A program made the position numbers and the translations under genes. Shown one piece after another: positions 1-7,968 of a DNA stretch of 20,269 nucleotides. The stretch is from sequence record NC_074633.1. The stretch is one strand, 5' to 3'. Every line of letters starts with the position of its first letter. The first letter of the stretch is position 1. The notes beneath the pieces are model-generated. The model did not search any database, was not told where the DNA came from, and saw only the letters and a list, made by a program, of their open reading frames with translations.

Positions 1-55
1 GTGTAGGCGATTGCGGTGGAAGTTGTAACGTTTAAAATTGACGAAAACTTGTTGG
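1..55 (+). repeat. Left inverted terminal repeat (55 bp perfect)
   Basis: 1-55 is the exact reverse complement of 20215-20269; the first mismatch is at position 56. Confidence 0.97.
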
Positions 56-192
56 TACTTCTAGATTTTTATGCTATAAATCATAGGCTTAGTAGGAGTG
101 AAGTAATCCGCAAGGCAATAGAAAAACTAGTTCAAGACGAAATAAACAAAGAAATAGTGCATAAAGCTAAGGTAGAGAAGTTTAAGCTTTAA
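16..192 (+). CDS. Ribbon-helix-helix transcription regulator, 58 aa (absent from ORF track)
   Basis: Manual translation from GTG16: [58 protein letters not shown]. It has the RHH beta-strand (VVTFKI) and the [10 protein letters not shown] helix-2 signature. Confidence 0.88.
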   Translation: MEVVTFKIDENLLVLLDFYAINHRLSRSEVIRKAIEKLVQDEINKEIVHKAKVEKFKL

Positions 193-216
193 GTTGTCTC
201 TTTTTTGTCTTACATT

Positions 217-663
217 TTATTCATCTTCAGCCTTTTTTTCTTTCTGTTTAAGCATGTATTTTAGCACTCTTTTTATTGTCTCAACATCAAGGTTTAAAAT
301 CTCAAAGTGTAAGTAGTAGTATTTTCCATATCGCCTTTGAATATCGGCGTAATCAATTGGTTCATTTGTGGCGATCAGTCTGTGGTAATGTAGTTTGTGT
401 TTTTCGCCACGCTCAACAACTGAAAACATCTCTGCCTGATATTTTGTTTTGATGTATTCTTTTGGCGGAAGATATGGTTCTGTGTCTAAAGCTTTGTGTC
501 TCACTCTTGCTTTGGTTTTGCCTTTTTTTGCAGTTTCAGTCATTAAGTAGAGATATTTATAACTGTCAACCTTATCAAGAAAATTTCGCAGTTTTTCGAC
601 AGTCGATTGCGAGATATCAAATTTTAGTGAAATCTCTGCGATAATAATGTCTGAATCTATCAC
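217..663 (-). CDS. rep: HUH-superfamily Rep (nicking) protein, SIRV ORF119-like
   Basis: HUH motif KLHYHRLI and catalytic YxxK (KYMLK); near-terminal position as in rudiviruses. The GTG start is uncertain. Confidence 0.85.
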   Translation of the reverse strand: MIDSDIIIAEISLKFDISQSTVEKLRNFLDKVDSYKYLYLMTETAKKGKTKARVRHKALDTEPYLPPKEYIKTKYQAEMFSVVERGEKHKLHYHRLIATNEPIDYADIQRRYGKYYYLHFEILNLDVETIKRVLKYMLKQKEKKAEDE

Positions 664-684
664 AAGAAGAAGATGGATGAAAAC

Positions 685-692
685 AAAAAAAA
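685..692 (-). terminator. Oligo-T terminator after the small RHH gene
   Basis: T8 on the minus strand 7 nt after the stop codon at 700. Confidence 0.5.
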
Positions 693-699
693 GATTTCT

Positions 700-846
700 T
701 TATTTATCACTTTCTGGCAGTTGATCTACAAATTGTCTAATTAAATCGTTTATTGTGATATCATGGTCTATACAGTATTTCTTTAATTTCTTGTGTTGCT
801 CTTTTGAAAGTCTTACCGTTATTAGTACCTTATCTCCGCCTGGCAT
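700..846 (-). CDS. Ribbon-helix-helix (ParG/CopG-like) protein, 48 aa (absent from ORF track)
   Basis: Manual translation: MPGGDKVLITVRLSKEQHKKLKKYCIDHDITINDLIRQFVDQLPESDK*. Alternating strand ITVRL plus two helices; TATA-like TTTTAAA about 33 nt upstream. Confidence 0.82.
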   Translation of the reverse strand: MPGGDKVLITVRLSKEQHKKLKKYCIDHDITINDLIRQFVDQLPESDK

Positions 847-967
847 AGTTCTATCAATTGTTGTATTACGTGTTTACATTTAAAAGCAATAAAGATTTGA
901 GTAATACTAATAATTACGATTTAAAGATTTAAAAATGTTGTCATCAAATCTTGATTTGCGGTGCCAA
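847..967. promoter_or_regulatory. Divergent promoter region between two RHH genes
   Basis: TTTAAAA at 879-885 (leftward) and TTTAAAAA at 928-935 with A-rich AAAGA upstream (rightward). Inverted repeat GTATTAC (863-869)/GTAATAC (901-907); direct repeat AAAGATTT at 891 and 923. Confidence 0.55.
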
Positions 968-1252
968 ATGGTGAAAAACTTGTCGAAAATGGTTTCGGTC
1001 CGGGTTTCAAAAAGTCAGTATGAGCTTTTTTTAATGTACAAACAAGAGTTAAAACAAAAGTTGTTAAAGAAAGTGGGTGAAATGGAAAACGTAAATATAA
1101 AACTAAAGCCACAACAAGATAGAGAGATTTATGACAACTTGATATCCTTCAGAGTGCCTTACCAATATTATCAGAAACTTGAGGAAATTGCAGATAAAAA
1201 TCAAGTGAAAGTAAGTGACGTAATCAGAAATTTATTGTTTGGAGGTGAGTAA
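968..1252 (+). CDS. Tandem RHH-domain DNA-binding protein
   Basis: Two RHH-like strand-helix units (MVSVRVSKSQYE and LISFRVPYQYYQKLEEIA...VSDVIR). Start moved from 935 to ATG968 because the TATA box overlaps 935. Confidence 0.7.
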   Translation: MVKNLSKMVSVRVSKSQYELFLMYKQELKQKLLKKVGEMENVNIKLKPQQDREIYDNLISFRVPYQYYQKLEEIADKNQVKVSDVIRNLLFGGE

Positions 1253-1253
1253 A

Positions 1254-1622
1254 ATGGCAACACTTGAAGAAATATTCTCAGAACTAAAGCAAAAAGCTAA
1301 AGATAGTGGAAAGCCAGCAACAAGAATATTGAAAATCAAAGGTCTGAAGAGGTTTGTCATTCAGATTAACGCCGTGCCGAATGGTAATAGCGTAAGGTTT
1401 TCGATGACATTCCATAGTCAGAGAAACTACAAGAGACAGATTGGAATTGTCGCAGATGACGCTGACGATTTCGAAATAATCGCTAAGTTCTTGAAGAAAC
1501 ATAAAGATTTACTAGACAAATACGTGAAGTTTAGCGTGAGCAGAGACAACAATGAAGTCGAAATAGATACTGAAGAACAAAAGAAAGAGAAGAAGAATAA
1601 AAATGTGGAGGATGAGCTCTAA
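1254..1622 (+). CDS. Single-stranded DNA-binding protein (SIRV2 gp17/ORF131-like)
   Basis: RILKIKGLKRFVIQINAVP...SMTFHSQRNYKRQIGI closely resembles SIRV2 gp17, with an acidic/charged C-terminal tail. Shine-Dalgarno GGAGGTGA at 1241-1248 supports ATG1254. Confidence 0.88.
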   Translation: MATLEEIFSELKQKAKDSGKPATRILKIKGLKRFVIQINAVPNGNSVRFSMTFHSQRNYKRQIGIVADDADDFEIIAKFLKKHKDLLDKYVKFSVSRDNNEVEIDTEEQKKEKKNKNVEDEL

Positions 1623-1895
1623 ATGTCTGCGATTGAAGAGGATCCGGAGTTAAACGCAATAGCAGATGCGATAGAAAACCAATTTTACAGGCATCATACG
1701 TCAAGAATTGACGTTATTTTGTTGCCGATTAGTGATAGCATGGGCATTTTCTATGTGACGTATACTATCGAATACGTTGACATTACAAATATTGCATCTG
1801 TTGGTTTAGAAAAAGGCATTTACTATTACAACAAGGAAACGAAAACTTTGAAGATTCAAATTGGAAGATTTGAAAAGCAAATCAATTTAAGTTAA
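1623..1895 (+). CDS. Hypothetical protein, 90 aa
   Basis: Abuts the SSB stop (TAAATG) and is followed by a T7 terminator; no family recognised. Confidence 0.75.
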   Translation: MSAIEEDPELNAIADAIENQFYRHHTSRIDVILLPISDSMGIFYVTYTIEYVDITNIASVGLEKGIYYYNKETKTLKIQIGRFEKQINLS

Positions 1896-1899
1896 TATC

Positions 1900-1906
1900 T
1901 TTTTTT
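1900..1906 (+). terminator. Oligo-T terminator
   Basis: T7 run 4 nt after the stop at 1895. Confidence 0.55.
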
Positions 1907-1986
1907 ATGCCTAATTTTTCTCACTTTTGTGTTAATATTACTACTTCTCAATTTACAATTGTCATATTGTTGTGTAAAGTTGAGAG

Positions 1987-2013
1987 ATATTCAACAGTAA
2001 TATTCATAATATT
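1987..2013 (+). repeat. 27-bp intergenic element ATATTCAACAGTAATATTCATAATATT (copy 1)
   Basis: Identical to 10363-10389. Confidence 0.92.
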
Positions 2014-2074
2014 AAACATAAAGATATTGCGCAAGTGAGATAGATTAAAAGATGTTTTCACTCAAGAAATAGTT

Positions 2075-3382
2075 GTGGCATCCCTAGAAGAGTTCAAAAA
2101 ATTGTTTGAAGAGAATTCGTTTGTTTTTAATCCGAGAGATGAAAATCGAATTTTATACTACATTTTCAGAAGTACCAACATTCCAGAAGAAAAGAAGGCT
2201 AACGCACTAAAGGCATGGCACTTAGGAAACGATAACCAGTACTTTGAAATGTATAAAGCGTTTTCTGATGAAATAAAATTTATATCTAAAATTGTGAAAT
2301 TCAAAGAGAAAGACGGCGAAATTGTCGCTTACTTCCAAAACGGCTTTGTCGGAAAGTTTGATCCAAGAATGTTGGCAGACAATCCGGATGACGCTTATAA
2401 TTTAATGCAGTCCTATCTTCTAGTTAAAATCAAAAAAACAACAGACAGTTGGGAAATTTACGATATTATACCAGTTGAACCTGCAAAAAATGTAGATGTC
2501 GCGAAACAACTATTGCAATTTGTAGAGTCTGAGCATATGACATACGCATCTTTGCTTTACGCTTTCGGCTATGACGTGGAAAAGATGGACCCGAATGATG
2601 TCTTTCTGACAGTCCCAAGATTTTTTTCACTTTTTGTCTCTTCATATTCAAAAAGAAGATACAATGTCATTGAGATTTCTAACCCTGGGACTGGCAAAAC
2701 TTCAGTTTTTACAATTTTACAAGAGGTTTTTAATTTTAGATATTATACTGAACCGCCAACTTATGCCAATTTAGTGTATGATGCCAGAAATAATGTGTAT
2801 GGCGCAGTCTATCTTGCTAAAGGTTTAATATTTGACGAAATTCAAACTTGGAAAGATAATACAAATCGTAAAAATATGGACACTATAAATTCCACACTTT
2901 CAACTGGTATCGAAAATTGTATCTGGACAAGAGGTGCCGGGACTGAAAGTAAATCCGCAACAATCCACAGATGTTTGCCGATAATTTATGCAGGAAATCC
3001 GATATCTATGACACTAGATAGATTCGCTTCAACTGAAGTTGAAGATTACCTACAAAAGTATGAAATTTTTACTCCGGCGATATTGGACAGATTCCACTTA
3101 ATCCATATTACAATAAAGAAAACTTACGACAAAGTTGGAAGTAGGAGGGTTCTTTATCCTTCAGTGCTGAAAGCCTTAGTCGACATTCTTCAAGAGAAAT
3201 TGAATCAACAAAATCACTTTGTGGAATGCCAAAATTTCTCATCAAGACGATATGAGCAGGCAGTTGACATCCAACTTCTATTGCGGACTTTGGATTTACA
3301 AAATGACGAAATTGAAAAAGACCAAGATGCATTTTGTTCACGACTTCAACAATATATGCGATTTATGGATCTTGGCGGGTGA
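2075..3382 (+). CDS. AAA+ ATPase / putative helicase (SIRV2 gp18/ORF436-like)
   Basis: Walker A SNPGTGKTS, Walker B LIFDE, sensor region IIYAGN, arginine-finger-like LDRF; syntenic with SSB and Cas4-like genes. GTG start. Confidence 0.88.
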   Translation: MASLEEFKKLFEENSFVFNPRDENRILYYIFRSTNIPEEKKANALKAWHLGNDNQYFEMYKAFSDEIKFISKIVKFKEKDGEIVAYFQNGFVGKFDPRMLADNPDDAYNLMQSYLLVKIKKTTDSWEIYDIIPVEPAKNVDVAKQLLQFVESEHMTYASLLYAFGYDVEKMDPNDVFLTVPRFFSLFVSSYSKRRYNVIEISNPGTGKTSVFTILQEVFNFRYYTEPPTYANLVYDARNNVYGAVYLAKGLIFDEIQTWKDNTNRKNMDTINSTLSTGIENCIWTRGAGTESKSATIHRCLPIIYAGNPISMTLDRFASTEVEDYLQKYEIFTPAILDRFHLIHITIKKTYDKVGSRRVLYPSVLKALVDILQEKLNQQNHFVECQNFSSRRYEQAVDIQLLLRTLDLQNDEIEKDQDAFCSRLQQYMRFMDLGG

Positions 3383-4014
3383 GAAAATTGGTTTACGAAA
3401 ATAGGATTAAGGAAAGCTTCAAAAAGCTTTATCCGGAGGATACGCTTTATCCGTCAGAAATTTGTCATTGTCTGAGGCGTTCAATTTTAGCAAGAAGAAT
3501 TGAACATATAAAAAATCTTACAAGTGAAGTTTTAGATTATGGATTAGCGATACATGAAGATGTCGAAACGTATTTTAAAGAAAAGTTAGGTTGCGAAACT
3601 GAAAAAGCAATTGAATATGAGATTGAAGGCGTAAAAATTTCAGCAAGAGTTGATTTATTGTGCGGAAGTGACCTTCTGGAGCTTAAGACGGTTTCGCATT
3701 TTATTCGTCAGCCTTACCAAGATCACATTGTTCAAGTTTCACTTTATCATCATATACTGTCGCAACTTGGCTATAAAATTGATAATGTTTACATTATTTA
3801 CATTAATAGGCAAAATTATGACGTTCAAGAATTTAAAATTCAAAAAGATCAACTTGAACAAGGATTGAAAAGCGCTATCGACTTCATTAAAAATTACAAA
3901 AAATACAAAGACGAGCAGAACATATTCAAAATCCCGACTGGCGATTCAACATTTTGTAAAAATTGCGAATTTAAGAACATTTGCTATGGATCTTTGGACG
4001 TTTTTTTAAAATGA
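3379..4014 (+). CDS. cas4: Stand-alone Cas4-like (RecB-family) nuclease (SIRV2 gp19-like)
   Basis: YPSEICHC, H...RVD...ELKT, QxxxY and C-terminal CKNC...C Fe-S ligands. The GTG start overlaps the upstream TGA (GTGA at 3379-3382). Confidence 0.9.
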   Translation: MRKLVYENRIKESFKKLYPEDTLYPSEICHCLRRSILARRIEHIKNLTSEVLDYGLAIHEDVETYFKEKLGCETEKAIEYEIEGVKISARVDLLCGSDLLELKTVSHFIRQPYQDHIVQVSLYHHILSQLGYKIDNVYIIYINRQNYDVQEFKIQKDQLEQGLKSAIDFIKNYKKYKDEQNIFKIPTGDSTFCKNCEFKNICYGSLDVFLK

Positions 4015-4082
4015 ATGTATAATTCTCTAATTCATCCCCGGGGTGCTATGCTTATAATCTATTTGTTATTAACTATTTTATT

Positions 4083-4409
4083 ATGAAGAATAAGTTTGAA
4101 GATTGGAATAAATATAGATCTGACGTCAATAAGATTATCGTTGAGTATTTTAACAAAGTCGGCATAATGGCGACAACTAGAGCTTTATATTTCTCATTTG
4201 CACAAAAAATATTGGCAATTGTTAAAAAACATCAAGATGGAAGTCTTATTAATAAATTGATTGAAGGAAATATACAATATTTTGTGACTGCATTTGATGC
4301 AAATGAAAAAGTATTGCGTGATATTGTAAAAATTATAATTTTAGCTAAAATTGAGAAAATGGATCCTGATGATATATTGGAAGAAGTTTTGACACAAAAA
4401 GCTAACTAA
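4083..4409 (+). CDS. N-terminally truncated paralog of the major capsid protein (SIRV2-type four-helix bundle)
   Basis: Gap-free manual alignment to the neighbouring MCP: RALYFSFAQK vs RAIYQGYGLK and YFVTAFDANEKVL vs YYVSAFGANPQIL. Confidence 0.75.
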   Translation: MKNKFEDWNKYRSDVNKIIVEYFNKVGIMATTRALYFSFAQKILAIVKKHQDGSLINKLIEGNIQYFVTAFDANEKVLRDIVKIIILAKIEKMDPDDILEEVLTQKAN

Positions 4410-4410
4410 T

Positions 4411-4460
4411 CATATACAAAATATTATGTATATGGATTTTTTGCATTGAATTTTTATAAG
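4411..4460 (+). promoter_or_regulatory. MCP promoter: palindrome CATATACA-N8-TGTATATG, GCATTGAATTT box and TATA (TTATAAG)
   Basis: 8-bp inverted repeat at 4411-4418/4427-4434 with AATATT in the spacer; box at 4443-4453; TATA at 4454-4460; ATG at 4491. Confidence 0.65.
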
Positions 4461-4490
4461 CTATTAATTCTAATATCTAATTGACAAAAA

Positions 4491-4895
4491 ATGGCGAAAG
4501 GACACACACCAAGAAGTTATTCGCAAAGGTATGGTAAATGGAATGCAAAATTCACCGCATTTTCAAATCCAACTGTTGCCAGCACAATCCTAACTAATGT
4601 TGCACCGACCGCGCAAGAGAACTTCCAGACTAACGTACCTAGATTTACGTCAGTCAATGAGCAAGTTTCGGCGGTATTGACTCAGTACGGCGTGACTGGT
4701 CCTTCTAGAGCAATTTACCAAGGCTATGGTCTAAAGGTTGCGAGAGCGCTTAACAGGATTGGCGCTGGTCCCGCTCTAACGAATATGGTCGCTGGCTTAA
4801 AGGCTTATTACGTTTCAGCGTTTGGCGCTAATCCACAAATTTTAGATGCTGTGACTAACATAATCCTAGGATCTCCTAACGGATACGTAAGCTAA
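4491..4895 (+). CDS. Major capsid protein (rudivirus 134-aa DNA-binding coat protein)
   Basis: MAKGHTPRSYSQRYGKWNAKF...GYVS is highly similar to SIRV1/2 ORF134 and has the same length. Confidence 0.97.
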   Translation: MAKGHTPRSYSQRYGKWNAKFTAFSNPTVASTILTNVAPTAQENFQTNVPRFTSVNEQVSAVLTQYGVTGPSRAIYQGYGLKVARALNRIGAGPALTNMVAGLKAYYVSAFGANPQILDAVTNIILGSPNGYVS

Positions 4896-4915
4896 CCTTA
4901 AAAGCTAATTTTCAA

Positions 4916-4922
4916 TTTTTTT
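4916..4922 (+). terminator. Oligo-T terminator after MCP
   Basis: T7 run about 20 nt after the stop. Confidence 0.6.
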
Positions 4923-4943
4923 ATCTTTTCCTACTTCTTATTT

Positions 4944-4955
4944 TGCTTAAAAATG
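4944..4955 (+). promoter_or_regulatory. Promoter core TGCTTAAAAATG
   Basis: Identical 12-mer at 17155-17166; in both cases TTAAAA starts exactly 29 nt before the ATG. Confidence 0.65.
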
Positions 4956-4975
4956 TAATCTTTTAGTTCTCAATC

Positions 4976-5200
4976 ATGTTTGAGGAATATTTAAGACAAA
5001 AAGGTTTCGAACCCCATCATATTTCAATTCTTAAAGATTTCTTGATTGAAATAAAAGAGGCATTAGGTATAAATGCTAGGAATTATGAATTAGACGACGT
5101 CATAAATTCTATTGTTGAATATTTTGCGACAACATATATGCTAAGAAGAGAAGATCTTTTCCAATTAATAAATGGAGCAATTGAGGACGGTGTTGTGTAA
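4976..5200 (+). CDS. Hypothetical alpha-helical protein, 74 aa
   Basis: Has its own TATA box and abuts the glycosyltransferase start (TAAATG). Confidence 0.75.
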   Translation: MFEEYLRQKGFEPHHISILKDFLIEIKEALGINARNYELDDVINSIVEYFATTYMLRREDLFQLINGAIEDGVV

Positions 5201-6220
5201 ATGCCTAGAACGCTCATTCTCACTATGGGATATGCATCTGTAAAAAATGTGGCAGAAGATATCGCAAGTGTTGTAGGTAATTCCACAATTGATGTTGAGC
5301 CTACTTTATATCTGTTTAATGCCAATAAATTCGATAGGCTTATAGTATCTGTGCCATTTGTTCCGCCATTATTGAATAACTACTTGTTGGTCTATAACTA
5401 TTTCCAAGGTGAAAAGTATTTTTATACGACAGTTGATGGAAAACCAATTGTGCAGGGCATGAATGAGCACCTTGTAAGGAATATAAAATACATTCCAAAT
5501 TCTCAATTTTCAGCTGAAAATTTGAAATCTGTAGATTTAGACGTAGATATTCCAGTTTTTCACGGCGTAAATGTCGATATTGTAAAGAAGGCCGAGCAAT
5601 TAGTTCCAAAATTGAGACAAAAATTAGATTTAGACTTCCCCGACGCTGTGAAGATTGGAGTAGTTACTGGAATGACAAAGCGCAAGAATGTTGATCTATT
5701 TGTTGAGACGACAAAGTATTTAAATGAAAAAATGCCAGATATTGCTAAAAATGTTCATTTCTTTGTAATTTCTCACGCAGATTTTCAAAAGTTAGAAGTT
5801 CCGGCAAATGTCCACTTTATCGCGCGATTTGGATACCAAAGTAGAGAAAAGATATTTGCATTCTACGGCGCAATGGACTACATATTTGTTCCATCCGGAT
5901 GTGAAGGATTTGGACTACCAGTTCTTGAATCCATGGCCATGGGTACCCCCGTCATCCACATGGCTATACCACCGTTTACGGAGTATACTAGTTGGCAGTG
6001 GAACTTTTTGTTTAAAGATGACGACGTAATGGAATATTACGATAAAGATCACGGTCAAATATGGAAAATTCATAGATTTAAGCCAGAGACTGGTGCACTA
6101 GCAATTGCAACTGCCGTAATGGCGACTGACAGAGAAGAGAGGAGCAAAAGATTAAAAGAATTAGCTAAAAAATATGATATTAAGTTTTTATACAAAAGAT
6201 TTCTAGAGGACTTCGAATAG
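5201..6220 (+). CDS. GT-B fold glycosyltransferase (GT4-like)
   Basis: RKNVDL and PSGCEGFGLPVLESMAMGTPVI (EX7E motif). Confidence 0.93.
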   Translation: MPRTLILTMGYASVKNVAEDIASVVGNSTIDVEPTLYLFNANKFDRLIVSVPFVPPLLNNYLLVYNYFQGEKYFYTTVDGKPIVQGMNEHLVRNIKYIPNSQFSAENLKSVDLDVDIPVFHGVNVDIVKKAEQLVPKLRQKLDLDFPDAVKIGVVTGMTKRKNVDLFVETTKYLNEKMPDIAKNVHFFVISHADFQKLEVPANVHFIARFGYQSREKIFAFYGAMDYIFVPSGCEGFGLPVLESMAMGTPVIHMAIPPFTEYTSWQWNFLFKDDDVMEYYDKDHGQIWKIHRFKPETGALAIATAVMATDREERSKRLKELAKKYDIKFLYKRFLEDFE

Positions 6221-7147
6221 CGCATATACTGTTGCAGGACCAGTTGCCCATGCATAGACATTTGCCGGATTATTAACTTCAAATTCTATGCTATCACCTG
6301 GCAAAATTGGGAAATTGTTATACAATTGATTTCCAATGTAAACTATGTAATTTGACAAGTTCTGAAGTATAATTTTTACAGTTTGCAGTGCAGGACCAGA
6401 ATAAATTGGCGATGGTGTTGTTGAAACTTTCAGTTGCAAACCTTGAATTGCAGGCGGTGACATATACATTGTCAACTTATTAATTGTGCTTGATAGTGAG
6501 TTCATTGCCAAGTAAATGTAAGACAGTGCGTAAAGCAAAGTGTCTGCAACACTGTTAATTGCCCTGGATAAACCAGTAACCATCTGATCTGTTAATTTTG
6601 CACTAACCAAATAGATATTTTCGTAAACATTTTGAATTAGTTGAGGCAAATACAAAGTCGGTAATATTGCAGTTTTTAGCTGATTATCAACGCCAATCAC
6701 AACTTGATATAGATTTTCATAAACGTTTGCAATTTCTTGTTGTAAAGCGCTTTGTGTCTGTGCGACTGTCCCGGCGGTAAGTTTTGCGATTGCATTATAA
6801 ACGTCGGTCGGCATTTGTTCAATTGCTTCATATAGTTGAAATTGACTGTTTAAAATTGCTTGAATTTGTTCTATTGCAGAACCAACAAATCCTGCGATAT
6901 AAATTGGGTCTTGTTCAGTTAGCACTGGCTGGCCTTCAACATAAACTTCCTCTGAAAAATTCCCAACTTGCGCAGTAATATTGTTTGGGACATAAAGACT
7001 GCCATTTTTGAATAATTGCCTATCGATTAGTGAACCGCCAAAATAGATGTCTGACAACGTCAGCACTGCCGTGTTCCACATGGCAGATGTCAGTCTCTGG
7101 AACGGCTTTGCAAGAAGACTACTAATTGTCGCATATTGGATGCTCAT
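6203..7147 (-). CDS. Conserved rudiviral protein, probable minor virion component
   Basis: 314 aa. N-terminal LTSAMWN motif, central amphipathic coiled region, and a C-terminal beta domain resembling a segment of the 604-aa protein. Confidence 0.7.
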   Translation of the reverse strand: MSIQYATISSLLAKPFQRLTSAMWNTAVLTLSDIYFGGSLIDRQLFKNGSLYVPNNITAQVGNFSEEVYVEGQPVLTEQDPIYIAGFVGSAIEQIQAILNSQFQLYEAIEQMPTDVYNAIAKLTAGTVAQTQSALQQEIANVYENLYQVVIGVDNQLKTAILPTLYLPQLIQNVYENIYLVSAKLTDQMVTGLSRAINSVADTLLYALSYIYLAMNSLSSTINKLTMYMSPPAIQGLQLKVSTTPSPIYSGPALQTVKIILQNLSNYIVYIGNQLYNNFPILPGDSIEFEVNNPANVYAWATGPATVYALFEVL

Positions 7148-7193
7148 GATTTAAATTTATACGCTTTTAAGCTTAAAAACATCACATTTAATT

Positions 7194-7532
7194 ATGAGTC
7201 TTGACAATATTTTCGGTCCAGTCAGGCTCATTATCGACAAATTAAAAGAATTGGAAATGAGAGGCGAAGCTTATGGATTTTCACAATATTTGCCAAAGTC
7301 AATAATTTTATACAGAGCATCAGAAAATTCAATATTATATCAAGTGTTTATACCATCATTCCCTTACTATTTTGAATTTCTCCTAGAAAAAGATGAAAAA
7401 ACCAAAGCATTGCAAATTTCGGATTATAGAGTTGTTTATCCCGCACCAGTGAAAATCTCTGATTCGCAAATTCTAAAAGAATTAATCCAGGATTACTTGA
7501 CTATGCGACTTGGGGGCGGGCAAAATGAGTGA
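7194..7532 (+). CDS. Hypothetical protein, 112 aa
   Basis: Divergent from 7147, TATA-like sequence upstream, ATGAGTGA coupling to the next gene. Confidence 0.75.
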   Translation: MSLDNIFGPVRLIIDKLKELEMRGEAYGFSQYLPKSIILYRASENSILYQVFIPSFPYYFEFLLEKDEKTKALQISDYRVVYPAPVKISDSQILKELIQDYLTMRLGGGQNE

Positions 7533-7773
7533 GCTGACGCTTATTCTTACTACAATTTCGACAACTGCGACTTTGCTATTATCAATTGTTACTCTTTACT
7601 ACAAAATAAAACAAATGTTTCGTGAGGCAGTGAAAGAAATCGTGAAGCAAGAGTTGGACAATATAGTCAAAGAGATCATAAAGATAAAAGAAAAGCAAGA
7701 TGCGCAACAAAAAGATATTGAATATCTAAAGCAAGAAGTTGAAGAAATAAAAAGGAAGATTGAAAAATTATAA
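7525..7773 (+). CDS. Membrane-anchored coiled-coil protein, 82 aa
   Basis: Hydrophobic N-terminus (LTLILTTISTTATLLLSIVTLYY) followed by a heptad K/E-rich tail; ATG7525 overlaps the upstream stop. Confidence 0.78.
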   Translation: MSELTLILTTISTTATLLLSIVTLYYKIKQMFREAVKEIVKQELDNIVKEIIKIKEKQDAQQKDIEYLKQEVEEIKRKIEKL

Positions 7774-7968
7774 TCACTTTGTTGTTTTTTCTCTTACCTC
7801 TTTCAGAATTTTGATAACTTCTTGTGCTTTTTTGTACAATTCTGTCTTTCTAATATTTTCATCTTCAACTGTCGCTAATTCTAATGCCAAGTTATCAAGG
7901 GCGACAAACAATTTTGCTGAAAACTCTTTGTCAAATTTTGGTTTTTTCTCTTCTTCCTTCTCACTCAT
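7774..7968 (-). CDS. Hypothetical charged protein, 64 aa
   Basis: Translationally coupled to the GNAT-like gene (8-nt overlap). Confidence 0.7.
   Translation of the reverse strand: MSEKEEEKKPKFDKEFSAKLFVALDNLALELATVEDENIRKTELYKKAQEVIKILKEVREKTTK

Noticed and set aside
3379-4014. Cas4-like gene as evidence of a CRISPR-Cas locus
   Set aside because: No repeat-spacer array or other cas genes are visible; stand-alone Cas4-like nucleases are a rudiviral core gene.
4036-4043. CCCCGGGG palindrome in the AT-rich gap before the capsid paralog
   Set aside because: Conspicuous but a single 8-mer with no second copy noticed; not enough to assign a function.
7264-7270. Isolated GCGAAGC mini-hairpin
   Set aside because: Only a 2-bp Watson-Crick stem and a 7-mer that could occur by chance; weaker than the paired hairpins at 9380-9416.
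7525-7773. Direct annotation as PVAP/P98
   Set aside because: Only the topology is similar; I see no sequence resemblance to SIRV2 P98, so it is kept as a hypothesis.
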